Shown here: one piece after another, positions 21,528-31,293 of the stretch | How positions within the stretch are numbered: position 1 is the stretch's first letter | Layout of the letters: each line of letters begins with the position of its first letter | NCBI GenBank assembly: GCA_026647365.1 | Contig: JAPKGW010000006.1 | Location: forward strand, 84,395-148,394 | Length of the DNA stretch: 64,000 bases | DNA from: Phycisphaerales bacterium | GTDB lineage: Bacteria; Planctomycetota; Phycisphaerae; Phycisphaerales; UBA5793 | Direction: 5' to 3' | Position numbers and translations under genes: made by a program | The notes under the pieces: generated by a model | Told to the model about the DNA's origin: nothing | What the model saw: the letters and a program-made list of their open reading frames with translations, nothing else | The model's database searches: none

Positions 21528-22241
21528 GTGTCCGAGTCACCCGACCAGCCCGAACCTCTCTGCGGCCTGATCATCATCGACAAGCCATACCGACTCTCCT
21601 CGACCTCGATCGTCCGCGTCGTGAAGCGCCGGGCGCGCGGCGCGAAGACGGGCCACGCCGGAACACTGGACCCGCTTGCGTCGGGCGTGCTCGTCTGCTG
21701 CATCGGCCGGGCAACGCGCTGGGTCGAACGCCTGATGGCCCTGCCCAAGACCTATGAGTGCACCATCGACCTCTCCATCACATCAACGACCGACGACCTC
21801 GAAGGCGTCATCACGCATGTGTCCGATCTCGTTGCTCCGTCGCGCGAGGCCATTGAGCAGATGCTTGCCGAACGCTTCTCGGGGGAGATTCTCCAGGCGC
21901 CGCCGATCCACTCGGCCATGCGCTTCGGCGGGAAGCGCGCCTACGAACTGGCCAGGCGAGGCCGGACGATCGCACTGGAGCCGCGACCGGTCCGAATCGA
22001 CTCCATCGAGGTGCCTGAATACGAGTGGCCGCTGCTCTCGATGCGCGTGGTCTGCGGGCGGGGTACATACATCCGCTCGCTGGCGCGCGACATCGGCGCA
22101 GCCCTGGGCGCCGGCGGCTGCCTGACGATGCTGCGCCGCACCGCCGTCGGACCGTTCAACCTCAACCGTGCATGGCTGCTTGATGATGTGCCCGATCCGA
22201 TAGAGCAGTGCCACCTGATCGGCTCCGTGGAGATCGGGTGA
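21528..22241 (+). CDS. truB: tRNA pseudouridine(55) synthase, short form
   Basis: IIDKP, GHAGTLDPLASGVL, Q.PPIHSA, GTYIRSLARDIG, LRRT.VG.F. Confidence 0.94.
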   Translation: MSESPDQPEPLCGLIIIDKPYRLSSTSIVRVVKRRARGAKTGHAGTLDPLASGVLVCCIGRATRWVERLMALPKTYECTIDLSITSTTDDLEGVITHVSDLVAPSREAIEQMLAERFSGEILQAPPIHSAMRFGGKRAYELARRGRTIALEPRPVRIDSIEVPEYEWPLLSMRVVCGRGTYIRSLARDIGAALGAGGCLTMLRRTAVGPFNLNRAWLLDDVPDPIEQCHLIGSVEIG

Positions 22242-22354
22242 ACCTCCCCCCTTTCCGAGGATTCGCGAGTCGATAGAATGGTCAAAATGGAAGGCGGCGC
22301 GCACGTCGCATCCGCCTGGCCTGTCCCCAAGGGCTGTGCTTCAAGGAGTTTCCC

Positions 22355-23410
22355 ATGTCGAGCGTGAAGGAGTACCTGTCGGCCGAGGATCAGGCGCTGC
22401 TGACCTACAAGTGCCGGGGGATCTCGTCCCAATACCTGCACCTGCCCGGGCCGGACTTTGTCGACCGCGTCATCGCCGCCTCAGACCGCCCCCCCGCGGT
22501 TCTGAGGAACTACCAGTCGATTCTCGACCACGGTCGGCTGCGCGGATCAGGCTACGTTTCCATTCTGCCGGTCGATCAGGGCATCGAGCACTCCGCCGGC
22601 GCCTCCTTCGCACCAAATCCGATCTACTTCGATCCCGAGAACATCGTCCGCCTCGCCATTGAAGGCGGGTGCAACGCCGTCGCGTCCACATTCGGCGTGC
22701 TCGGCTCGGTGGCGCGGAAGTACGCCCACAAGATTCCCTTCCTCGTGAAACTCAATCACAACGAACTCCTGTCGTACCCGAACAAGTACGACCAGATCGG
22801 CTTCGGATCGGTGCGCCTCGCGTACGAGATGGGCGCCGTCGCCGTCGGCGCGACGGTGTACTTCGGCTCGGACGAATCCACCCGGCAGATCCAGGAAGTG
22901 GCCGAGTGGTTCGAGGAGGCACACGCGCTGGGCATGGTGACAGTCCTTTGGTGCTACTTGCGCAACAGCGCCTTCAAGGTGGACGGCAAGGACTACCACG
23001 TCTCCGCCGACGGCACCGGACAGGCGAACCACCTCGGCGTCACCATCCAGGCGGACATCATCAAGCAGAAGCAGGCGGAGAACAACGGCATCTACAACGC
23101 GCTCAAGTTCGGCAAGACCAACAAGAAGGTCTACGACGAACTCACGCCCGGTGATCATCCGATCGAGCTGTGCCGCTACCAGGTCGCCAACTGCTACATG
23201 GGGCGCTCGGGGCTGATCAACTCCGGCGGCGAGAGCAAGGGCGGGAGCGACTTCGCCGACGCCGTACGCACCGCGATCATCAACAAGCGCGCCGGCGGCA
23301 TGGGACTCATCTCCGGCCGCAAGGCGTTCCAGCGCCCGATGAGCGAGGGCGTGAAACTCCTCCACGCGATCCAGGACGTGTATCTCGACAAGGGTGTAAC
23401 AATTGCATGA
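22355..23410 (+). CDS. fbaB: Class I fructose-bisphosphate aldolase
   Basis: [48 protein letters not shown]; AAGGAG RBS. Confidence 0.96.
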   Translation: MSSVKEYLSAEDQALLTYKCRGISSQYLHLPGPDFVDRVIAASDRPPAVLRNYQSILDHGRLRGSGYVSILPVDQGIEHSAGASFAPNPIYFDPENIVRLAIEGGCNAVASTFGVLGSVARKYAHKIPFLVKLNHNELLSYPNKYDQIGFGSVRLAYEMGAVAVGATVYFGSDESTRQIQEVAEWFEEAHALGMVTVLWCYLRNSAFKVDGKDYHVSADGTGQANHLGVTIQADIIKQKQAENNGIYNALKFGKTNKKVYDELTPGDHPIELCRYQVANCYMGRSGLINSGGESKGGSDFADAVRTAIINKRAGGMGLISGRKAFQRPMSEGVKLLHAIQDVYLDKGVTIA

Positions 23411-23546
23411 CGACTGCGTGCGCGCAATCGCCAACGTCCGATGCAATCCCACTCAGGTGAAGGTGCCGGCGCGGGAGTGGTCATGCGTGATGGCCCAGAG
23501 CGGCCGGCCACTTCGCTCATTCGAGGAGCGCATTGCTGCGCCAGAC

Positions 23547-23771
23547 GCCCGCTCACGGCCCTGTTGAGGGGCTTGGCCGTGAGCAGGCAACGGAATTGCG
23601 GGAGAGTGTGATGGAGAATGAGGGTGCGCCTGATGGGGTGCCCGCTACGCCATCAATTTGATCTCGCAATTTGCGAAGGCTGCGGTCAATGCGACGCAGA
23701 CAGATTGCAACGGCTGAGCCGGGAGAAATCAGAAATGCCCGCTCACGGCCGTGGCAAGCCGTGAGCGGGCA
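23547..23771. repeat. Two copies of a GCCCGCTCACGGC hairpin; the second is a likely terminator for the minus-strand gene
   Basis: 23547-23560/23575-23588 (1 mismatch) and 23736-23749/23758-23771 (perfect 14 bp, followed by TTTCTGATTT on the minus strand). Confidence 0.65.
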
Positions 23772-23813
23772 GGGCGATGGAGGAGAGAGAGCAAGGAAGA
23801 GAAGTCGATATAG

Positions 23814-24857
23814 TCAGCGAACCCGTTCGGTGACCACGGGTGAGAGTTTCTCGAAGGCGGCGGCCTGGAAGTGGACGGTCGCGCCGCGTGCATTGCGAGG
23901 CACGGTGCGGACGAGCGTCGCCACGCCGTTGCTGTCGGCCCGGGCGCGGCCGATGAAGATGGGATTCTGCAGGTCCAAGGTCACGTTGAGACTGGCGATG
24001 AACGTATTGCCGGTGGTGAAACTGTAATAGAACGAGACTTCCTCGGCCGGCCGGTCGCCTTCGCACGTCAACGTGACGCGGCCGCCGGCGACGAGGCCGT
24101 CAACCGACAGCGCGAGTTGAGGAAGTTCGAGGGTGAGGTTGCCGCTGCAACCTTCGCTGGGAGAAGTCGTGCCCCAGATCACCCCGCCTTGCGTAACCGT
24201 GTAGGCCGGGTCGAAGTAGACTTCGAGCCGATCGCCGGCGTAGTTGATCTGAGCGCCGTATTGCGGGGCGCGAGGCGCGAGGCGCTGGAAGAGGGCCTGG
24301 CAGATGATCGGGCCGTCCGTCTGGAAGTTGAGTTCCTGCGCGCTGATCGTGGCGGAGAGTTCGCCCACGTCGGTCACGATGCCGGCAGTGAAGATGGCCG
24401 GCTGGCGAGTGGGCGTGAAAGGCTCGAAGAAGCCGGTGAACTGCACGGCTCCCGCAGCCGGTGCGGCGCAGGTCATCACATCATGCTCCATCGTACCGTA
24501 GTTGTAGAAGTACACCCTCACTTTGCTGTCGATGAAGGGCATGGTCAGGCCGTTGTCGCCGACGTCGTTGACCGTATACCCGCTTGTGCGCAGTTTGCGG
24601 GCGATGGCGTCTCGCTTCTGCTGTGCGTTGGAGTTGGCGGGAATGGTGACATCCACGTACCGGTAACTGTTCGGATCGTGAATGTCTTTCGTCGTGTCCT
24701 GGAACTGAATGGTCACGGACGCGTCGGCCGAATTGCCGGGGTCCGAAAAGGCCATGTTGACGGGCTTGGTTTCGGCCAGGGCGGCTGAGGTCAGGCCGAT
24801 GGCGAAGAGGAACGCGAGCATCGATCGACGGACGGAAGTGGAATGCTTGGAAGACAT
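23814..24857 (-). CDS. Secreted hypothetical protein with a conserved ~100-aa C-terminal beta-rich domain
   Basis: GAAGGAG RBS; signal peptide …GLTSAALA-E; C-terminus RADSNGVATLVRTVPRNARGATVHFQA matches the fragment at 27285-27510. Confidence 0.8.
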   Translation of the reverse strand: MSSKHSTSVRRSMLAFLFAIGLTSAALAETKPVNMAFSDPGNSADASVTIQFQDTTKDIHDPNSYRYVDVTIPANSNAQQKRDAIARKLRTSGYTVNDVGDNGLTMPFIDSKVRVYFYNYGTMEHDVMTCAAPAAGAVQFTGFFEPFTPTRQPAIFTAGIVTDVGELSATISAQELNFQTDGPIICQALFQRLAPRAPQYGAQINYAGDRLEVYFDPAYTVTQGGVIWGTTSPSEGCSGNLTLELPQLALSVDGLVAGGRVTLTCEGDRPAEEVSFYYSFTTGNTFIASLNVTLDLQNPIFIGRARADSNGVATLVRTVPRNARGATVHFQAAAFEKLSPVVTERVR

Positions 24858-24979
24858 GGTTTGCTCCTTCAGAGTTCGTTTGGGAGCGTAATTGCTCCCT
24901 GCCAATGCACTCGCAAACCATGGCGATGCAAGACAATGCGGCAGGGCACGGCCCCGGCAACCCCGCCCCTCCCGGGCCT

Positions 24980-25200
24980 CGCCGCTGCGGGGACTTACCC
25001 TGATCGGCGAGGCAAATCCGTAATCCGTCGGAAGGTTCGCAACCCGATCGGGCTGCGGTGCGTAAGGGGAAAAGATGCAGAATCCGGCAGACGGTGCCCG
25101 AAATGACTCAACTCGCCGGTCCGACGCCCGATGTTCACAGGGCTGGACCGGCACGTTGCTTGCTGAACCGGATCAGCAGAGCCGGCTCTCCGCAGCGGCG
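24980..25200 (+). ncRNA. ssrS: Candidate 6S RNA or other structured RNA
   Basis: 14-bp closing stem 24980-24993/25187-25200, inner pairings, and a TGCTGA-ACCGGA-TCAGCA hairpin near the 3' end. It lies directly upstream of 5-formyl-THF cyclo-ligase (classic ssrS-ygfA synteny). Confidence 0.55.
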
Positions 25201-25218
25201 GACAGGGAGGCCAGGCGC

Positions 25219-25839
25219 ATGACGGGTCAGGAACGCCACATCCTACAGGCCAAGCAGGCCCTGCGCGACCAGATCAAGGCCCGCCTCGACGATACCACGC
25301 CGACTGAACTCTACGGCCTCTCCATTCTTGCGTCCGAGAACGTGATCGCCTGCGAGTCTTTCCGGCACGCGCGCACGATCATGATGTACGCCCCGCTCGC
25401 GCAGGAGGTCGACGTCTCCCACATCGCCCTGCGCTGTTTCCAGCAGAACCGCACCGTCTGCCTGCCGAAAATCGACTGGGATCACCACCGCATGTGGCCC
25501 GTACCCGTCAACAGTTTCGACGACTGCTCACTTGTCACGGACCGCTACGGGCTGCGCGTTCCGGAGCGCGGGGCGCCGATGCCCATCGAGATGATCGACC
25601 TGGTCATTGTGCCGGGCATGGCATTCGACGCGGATGGGCGCCGTCTTGGCCGCGGCGGGGGGTACTACGACCGCTTTCTGGGCCAGCCGGGCTTCCTCGG
25701 CCGATGTATGGGGCTGTGCTTTGACTGCCAGATCGTCGATGCCGTCCCCCGCGTGCAACACGATGTAGTGATGGACTACATCGCCACGGAAAGGCGGCTC
25801 ATCACGGTCGATCCGGCCGTCAGAGGACATCGGTCCTGA
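25219..25839 (+). CDS. ygfA: 5-formyltetrahydrofolate cyclo-ligase
   Basis: KQALR, EVD, DLVIVPGMAFD..GRRLGRGGGYYDRFL, HDVVMD.IATE; GGGAGG RBS. Confidence 0.93.
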   Translation: MTGQERHILQAKQALRDQIKARLDDTTPTELYGLSILASENVIACESFRHARTIMMYAPLAQEVDVSHIALRCFQQNRTVCLPKIDWDHHRMWPVPVNSFDDCSLVTDRYGLRVPERGAPMPIEMIDLVIVPGMAFDADGRRLGRGGGYYDRFLGQPGFLGRCMGLCFDCQIVDAVPRVQHDVVMDYIATERRLITVDPAVRGHRS

Positions 25840-25953
25840 CCCGCGCCCGCCGCCTCTCCCCCGCCTCGTCTGCTTGAACTGCGGCACAGTCGGCGCTCGC
25901 GGCGACGTATCATCTTCCAACCCGCCCACTTCACCGCGTTGATGGAGCAGGAC

Positions 25954-27273
25954 ATGGTTCTCGCATCCCAGATGGCCCGGCCCGGCACGACCAGGTCCAA
26001 TATGTACGCACGCGGCGGCGCCAGGCGCAACCGAGTGATTGCCATTCTCGTCGGCGCCGGCATGCTCGCCCTCGTGGCCTGGTGGATCTGGCCCCGGACT
26101 CCGGGGGATGACGACACACACGGCAGCGGTCTGACGGAACTCGGTCCGTCGCTGGCCGCCGCGATGCCTTCGACAACCCTCGGCGGCGATTCGACTGGCC
26201 GAGCGAACTCCAATCCCGCGCCCGGCGACCGTCCTGTGCGCCGTGAGTCAGAACAGGCCTCAGTTTCGCCGCAACTGCCTGCCGGCCGCGAAGGCGCATT
26301 TGAGCCGCTTGAGTCGCCCGCTTCAGATGCCAGTGTGGCTGATCAGCCCGGCGGGGGGACGCAGCCGCTCACCATGGGGCAGTCGCCTCAGAACACAGCC
26401 AGGAAAGAAGAGCCTGCACCGAAGGAACCGGTCCGCCAGCCGACCACCGCGCCCCAGCGTGACACCGCGGCGCCCGGTTTCCCGGCCGCCGGCGAGATTC
26501 ACCCCGAGGTCGCGGTCCTGCTCGAACGGGCCGACCGCGAGATCCGCGGCAACCGCCTCGTCGAAGGTCGCGCCACGCTCAACTCGGCGCTGACCCATCC
26601 GCGCGTCGGCCTCGCCGCCGAGCAGGTCCGCACTCGACTCGCCGAACTCAATGCGATGATGGTCTTCGGCAAGACCGTCGTCAAGGGCGATCCCTTTGCC
26701 GCGACGCACTTCATCAAGTCCGGCGACCGCCTCGTCTTCATCGCGCGCGAGAACGCCGTCGATCATCGCTTCCTCGCGAACATCAACGGCATGCCTAATC
26801 CCGATCAGATTCGGCTTGGCCAGAGCCTGAAAGTCATCCGCGGCCCCTTCCACGCCGAGATCGACAAGAGCGACTTCCGGCTCGACCTCTACCTCGGCGA
26901 GGCGGGCTCGAGCGGCCGCACCTACGTGCGCTCCTTCTTCATCGGCCTTGGCGAACTCGGCTCGACGCCGACGGGGCTGTTCCGCGTCAAGGCCAACGGC
27001 AAACTTGAGAATCCCGCGTGGACGAATCCGCGCACGGGTGAGCACTTCAAGAGCAAGGATCCCAACAACCCCATCGGAAAGTACTGGATCGGCCTCGAAG
27101 GCATCGACGAGAAGACCAAACTCCTCGACGGCTACGGCATCCACGGCACCATCGAACCCAAGTCGATCGGGCGCGAGATGTCGATGGGCTGCATCCGCCT
27201 CTACGACGACGACATCGCCCTGCTCTACAGCATGCTGGCGCCGGAGAAGAGCACGGTGCTCATCCGGGAGTAG
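25954..27273 (+). CDS. Membrane-anchored LysM / L,D-transpeptidase (YkuD)
   Basis: TM helix, Pro-rich linker, LysM (IKSGDRL..IA...LANINGMPNPDQIRLGQSL), catalytic HGT…SMGCIRL. Confidence 0.9.
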   Translation: MVLASQMARPGTTRSNMYARGGARRNRVIAILVGAGMLALVAWWIWPRTPGDDDTHGSGLTELGPSLAAAMPSTTLGGDSTGRANSNPAPGDRPVRRESEQASVSPQLPAGREGAFEPLESPASDASVADQPGGGTQPLTMGQSPQNTARKEEPAPKEPVRQPTTAPQRDTAAPGFPAAGEIHPEVAVLLERADREIRGNRLVEGRATLNSALTHPRVGLAAEQVRTRLAELNAMMVFGKTVVKGDPFAATHFIKSGDRLVFIARENAVDHRFLANINGMPNPDQIRLGQSLKVIRGPFHAEIDKSDFRLDLYLGEAGSSGRTYVRSFFIGLGELGSTPTGLFRVKANGKLENPAWTNPRTGEHFKSKDPNNPIGKYWIGLEGIDEKTKLLDGYGIHGTIEPKSIGREMSMGCIRLYDDDIALLYSMLAPEKSTVLIRE

Positions 27274-27281
27274 GGCCGGCG

Positions 27282-27510
27282 TCACTCAAACGTCCACGTC
27301 ACCGTGTGGCTGATCTGACACTCGATCGGCGCGACGGCCTGGAGGCGCGCCGTGCGACCGCGCGCAGCGGGCGGGACGTTGACCACTATCGTCGCAACGC
27401 CGTTCGAGTCGGCGCGCACGGCGGGCAGCGCCTGCGGACCGCGGATGAGCAATGTCCCGCTGGGACAGCCGGGTGGAATCTTCTGCGCGCCCTCGTGCGT
27501 CCCCCAGACG
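27282..27510 (-). pseudogene. 3' remnant of a gene carrying the same C-terminal domain as 23814-24857
   Basis: IPPGCPSGTL…RADSNGVATIVVNVPPAARGRTARLQAV…CQISHTV; no plausible N-terminal part. Confidence 0.6.
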
Positions 27511-27519
27511 CGGTGAACA

Positions 27520-28501
27520 GCCGCCCCGATCCGCAGAACACGCCCTACGCACTCTTCTACCACACCATCACACCTCACGCGTCACGAAGACGGCTCGGTC
27601 AAGCAGTGGTGGGACATCCACGACACCTCCCTGATCCCGCAGACGACCGGGTAAGGGCACATGATGGAGGCGACGTTCGCAAAGAACCTGGAGGCGATCG
27701 ACTCCGCGCTCTTCCGCGATCTGCTCACGAATGAACCAGAAGACCGCCTTGGAGCGCTCGACGCGGACAAAACTATCGCCCCGCGAGCAACACGATCGTC
27801 TTCTTCCTCGGAGACAATGGAACTGATCCAACCCTCACGAACTACCGCGGCAAAGGCACGCTTTTCGAGGGTGGCGTTCGCGTGCCTCTGTTCGTGATGG
27901 GGGCGGGCGTGCCGCAGGGAGAGCCCGGTTACCCCATCATGGACAACCGGCAGATCAGCCACGGCGATTTCTACGACACGATCTGCGACATTGTCAGCGC
28001 CCCGCCCGAGGTGCGCGACAACCCCGACGGCGCCTTTCACCGTCGCGGCAAGAGATTTGCCTGCAACATCGGATGGTCGGATCGGCCATGTATACACGAA
28101 TGAGCACGCTCGATCACGTCATATTACATCGGATGCGCCAGGTGTGATCCGCCGCCGTCCAGAAGAGTCGCTCACAAGGTCGTGCTGAAGGCCTGTACCG
28201 CCGGCTGTTCGCGTTCAATCTGTGAGGAGTACCAGGCACCACTCCGTTTGACTGCGGCTGTGCGATGAAGGCTCGCATGACGCCGAGGCCGCAGGGCACG
28301 CCGGTGATCTTCGGAAACAGCCTGTTGCTCAAGTCGGTCATCGACGGTTGGCGTGCGACGCCCGCGAGCAATCACGGTGTGGTGCTCATCGCGGAGGAAC
28401 TGCCATTCTTCCTGACGGGCACGAGTTTCCGCGAATCAGCAGGTGACGTTCCGGACCACCGACGCGGTGATCCGGCTGCGTCTTGCGCGGCAGTGAGGTG
28501 A
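27520..28501 (+). pseudogene. Decayed sulfatase with a possible DNRLRE-like domain downstream
   Basis: Sulfatase motifs in shifting frames: PYALFYHTITPH, NLEAIDSAL, NTIVFFLGDNG…KGTLFEGGVRVPLFV, ISHGDFYDTI. Internal TAA at 27652. Later 'VIDGWRATPASNHGVVL'. Confidence 0.7.
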
Positions 28502-28705
28502 GTTCCGTGCGGGCACCGAGTCGCGCGAGCCGGCGGCGGAGAAGGCCAATGCTCCTCCGCCGTCTCGTGTTGCCGGCGTCAATGATTCGACCGACGGCCG
28601 GCGCCGCCGACATGTCCCACCGACGTTCTTGGCAGACAGACCAACTTGCGCTTTGCCGGCATACCCTACGAGGGCGCCGCCGACAAGGAATCGCCGCGGC
28701 GAGGG

Positions 28706-29686
28706 ATGAATTTCCTGCACGGAGCAACTCCATTGGATGCAGCCATCGAGATCCACGGCGTAACGAAGACCTTCGGCGACAAGACCGCCGTCGATGACCT
28801 CGACCTCGTCGTGCCCACCGGCAGCCTCTGCGGCTTCCTCGGGCCCAACGGGGCCGGTAAATCCACCACCATCCGCATGATCATGTCCATCTACTTTCCC
28901 GATCGCGGGTCGATTGCCGTGCTGGGCCGGCCCTCGGCCGTCGAGAGCAAGGACCGCATCGGCTACCTCCCCGAGGAGCGCGGCGTGTATCGCAAGATGC
29001 GCGTAGGCGAATTCCTCACCTACATGGCCCGGCTCAAGGGCGTGGACGCCGGCGAGGCCAAGCGCCGCGCCGAGAACTGGCTCAGTCGGGTCGATCTCTC
29101 CGACGTGATCAGGAAGCGCTGCGAGGAACTCAGCAAGGGCATGAACCAGAAGGTGCAGGTCGTGGCGTCGATCATTCACAATCCCGACCTCATCATCCTC
29201 GATGAGCCGTTCTCCGGCCTCGACCCCGTCAACACGAAGATGGCCCGCGAACTCATCCACGACCTCAACGGCGAGGGAAAGACGGTCATCTTCTCGACGC
29301 ACGTGCTCTTCCAGGCCGAGCAGATCTGCGATCGCATCTTCATGATCCACAAGGGCCGCAAGGTGCTCGACGACACAATCGAGAACATCCGCCGGCGCTT
29401 TGATCCGAGAACGCTGCTCGTGCGTCCGGCGGAGGATGGAGGCGCCTTTCGGCCGCAGGACTTCGACGGCGTCCTCCGCGCCGAGAAGCGCCGCGACGAG
29501 TATGAAGTGCATCTGCGCGAAGATGCGGATCCGACTGCGGTGATGCGGGCGATGATGAACGGCTCGCACCTGCGCAAGATCGAGTTGCGCCAGCCGAGCC
29601 TCGAGGACGTCTTCGTGCGCCTTGTCGAGGGGACGCGCGTAAGCGAATCGGGTGAACTGGAAGTCGTCGAACACCAGGCGGCGTGA
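28706..29686 (+). CDS. ABC-2 type transporter ATP-binding protein
   Basis: GPNGAGKST, GYLPEERG, LSKGM, ILDEPFSGLDP, FSTH. Confidence 0.93.
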   Translation: MNFLHGATPLDAAIEIHGVTKTFGDKTAVDDLDLVVPTGSLCGFLGPNGAGKSTTIRMIMSIYFPDRGSIAVLGRPSAVESKDRIGYLPEERGVYRKMRVGEFLTYMARLKGVDAGEAKRRAENWLSRVDLSDVIRKRCEELSKGMNQKVQVVASIIHNPDLIILDEPFSGLDPVNTKMARELIHDLNGEGKTVIFSTHVLFQAEQICDRIFMIHKGRKVLDDTIENIRRRFDPRTLLVRPAEDGGAFRPQDFDGVLRAEKRRDEYEVHLREDADPTAVMRAMMNGSHLRKIELRQPSLEDVFVRLVEGTRVSESGELEVVEHQAA

Positions 29687-29718
29687 AGTCGCGGCCTCAC
29701 ACTGAATCGGGAACACGC

Positions 29719-31218
29719 ATGAACAGCAAGACCTTTCTTGTCGGCCTCCGCGAGTACACGTCCACGGTGATGACCAAGGCGTTCATCTTCGGCGCCATCA
29801 TTCTGCCGCTGGTGATCTGGGGGTTGGCGATCGCCCTGCCGATGCTCATCAAGGATGAGATTCCCGTCATGAAGGGCAAGGTCGTCGTCGTCGACGAGAC
29901 CGGTCTCGTCGCGCCGATGTTCATCAGTCAGCTTACGCCCGAGTTTCTCAAGATGCAGAAGGAGCAGATGGAGAAGATCGACATCGAGAAGTACCTCGAG
30001 AAGACGACGGCGGCGCTGGGATCGAAGGCGGAACTCGCCAGGCCGCTGGTTCTGGCACAGGGCCGGCGGGCGATCGAGAAGATGAAGAACCAGCCGCTGC
30101 ACGAGTTGACATTCGAGAACATCACGCCCGCTGCCACGGCAAACATCGAGCAACTCAAGGAGAAGGTAAGGACCGGCGAGATTCTCGCCGTCGTACACGT
30201 CAGGGCCGATGCGCTCTCGCACGTGAGCGCGTGGCTGACCGGCTTTCTGCGGGATGCGGCGTCGGGCGCGCTGGGCGGAGGCGCCGTCTCGGCGGAGTCG
30301 CCCAAGGCGGAAGAAGGGCAGGCGAAGCCCAAGGAGGAGCCGCGCGCTGTCATCTACACCGGACGGACGATGCACGTGGACAACTCGGGCCTGCTCAGCG
30401 AGCGCCTCGCCGGCGCGATCGTGGCGATGAAGATGATCACCAACGAGGTGGACGCCCTGAAGGCGCAGATGGCCATGACGCCGCCGGACATCTCGGTCCG
30501 CAACGTGACTGAAAGCGGGGAGATCGAGTCCAACGAGGTGTCGAACATCCTCGTCCCGCTCGCGTTCATGATGCTGTTGTGGATCAGCACCTTCACCGGC
30601 GGGCAGTACCTGCTCACCACGACGATCGAGGAGAAGTCGAGCAAGGTGATCGAGGTGCTGCTGAGCGCGACGTCGCCGATGCAACTCATGACGGGCAAGA
30701 TTCTCGGGCAGGGGGCGGTGGCCCTGACGATGCTGCTCATGTACGCGGCCCTGGCGATCGGGGCGCTCGAAAAGTTCGACCTCGGCCACCTCATCGAGCC
30801 GGCCAAGTTCATCCTTGTCGCCCCCTACTTCATCATGGCCTTCTTCTTCATCGCGTGCATGATGGCGTCGATCGGCTCCGCGGTGAACGAAATGCGCGAG
30901 GCGCAGGCGCTCATGGGACCGGTCATCATGATCGTCATGCTCCCGCTGCTTGCGTGGATGCCGATCGTCAAGAGTCCCAACGGCTCGTTCGCCACGATCG
31001 CCAGTTTCATTCCGCCGATGACGCCCTTCGTCATGGCCTTGCGCCTCGGGACGAACCAGGTCATTCCGGTCTGGCAGATCGCGGCGACGCTCGCCATCGG
31101 ATTCGCGGCGATGGTTCTCTTCATCTGGCTCACGGCCAAGATTTTCCGCATCGGCATCCTGATGCACGGCAAGGCGCCCAACCTCATGACGCTGCTGCGC
31201 TGGGTGCGGCAGGCGTAA
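29719..31218 (+). CDS. ABC-2 type transporter permease (NatB-like)
   Basis: N-terminal TM, large periplasmic loop, IEEKSSKVIEVLLS…LMTGKILG, KIFRIGILMHG. Confidence 0.9.
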   Translation: MNSKTFLVGLREYTSTVMTKAFIFGAIILPLVIWGLAIALPMLIKDEIPVMKGKVVVVDETGLVAPMFISQLTPEFLKMQKEQMEKIDIEKYLEKTTAALGSKAELARPLVLAQGRRAIEKMKNQPLHELTFENITPAATANIEQLKEKVRTGEILAVVHVRADALSHVSAWLTGFLRDAASGALGGGAVSAESPKAEEGQAKPKEEPRAVIYTGRTMHVDNSGLLSERLAGAIVAMKMITNEVDALKAQMAMTPPDISVRNVTESGEIESNEVSNILVPLAFMMLLWISTFTGGQYLLTTTIEEKSSKVIEVLLSATSPMQLMTGKILGQGAVALTMLLMYAALAIGALEKFDLGHLIEPAKFILVAPYFIMAFFFIACMMASIGSAVNEMREAQALMGPVIMIVMLPLLAWMPIVKSPNGSFATIASFIPPMTPFVMALRLGTNQVIPVWQIAATLAIGFAAMVLFIWLTAKIFRIGILMHGKAPNLMTLLRWVRQA

Positions 31219-31257
31219 GGCCTGTTGCGGCATTGCGAGGTCATGGCCCCGAAAAGG

Positions 31258-31293
31258 CGCGCTCCCCTGCGCCGAGCCTGCGCGTCGCGGCTA
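31258..31293. repeat. REP-like element (copy 1 of 3)
   Basis: CGCGCTCCCCTGCGC is identical to 57225-57239; the reverse complement of 31280-31293 is identical to 57147-57160. Confidence 0.65.

Noticed and set aside
25065-25110. Cobalamin riboswitch-like words (TAAGGGGAA…GAATCC…CGGTGCCCG)
   Set aside because: The GCCACTG/B12-box and AGCCAG..ACC elements are missing; the 6S-like reading fits better.
29176-31233. Long antisense or alternative-frame ORFs (e.g. 1398-2936, 7732-9735, 10693-12567, 29176-31233, 37673-39361, 59806-61710, 62583-63833)
   Set aside because: Shadow ORFs over well-supported genes, expected at high GC, with no recognisable motifs.
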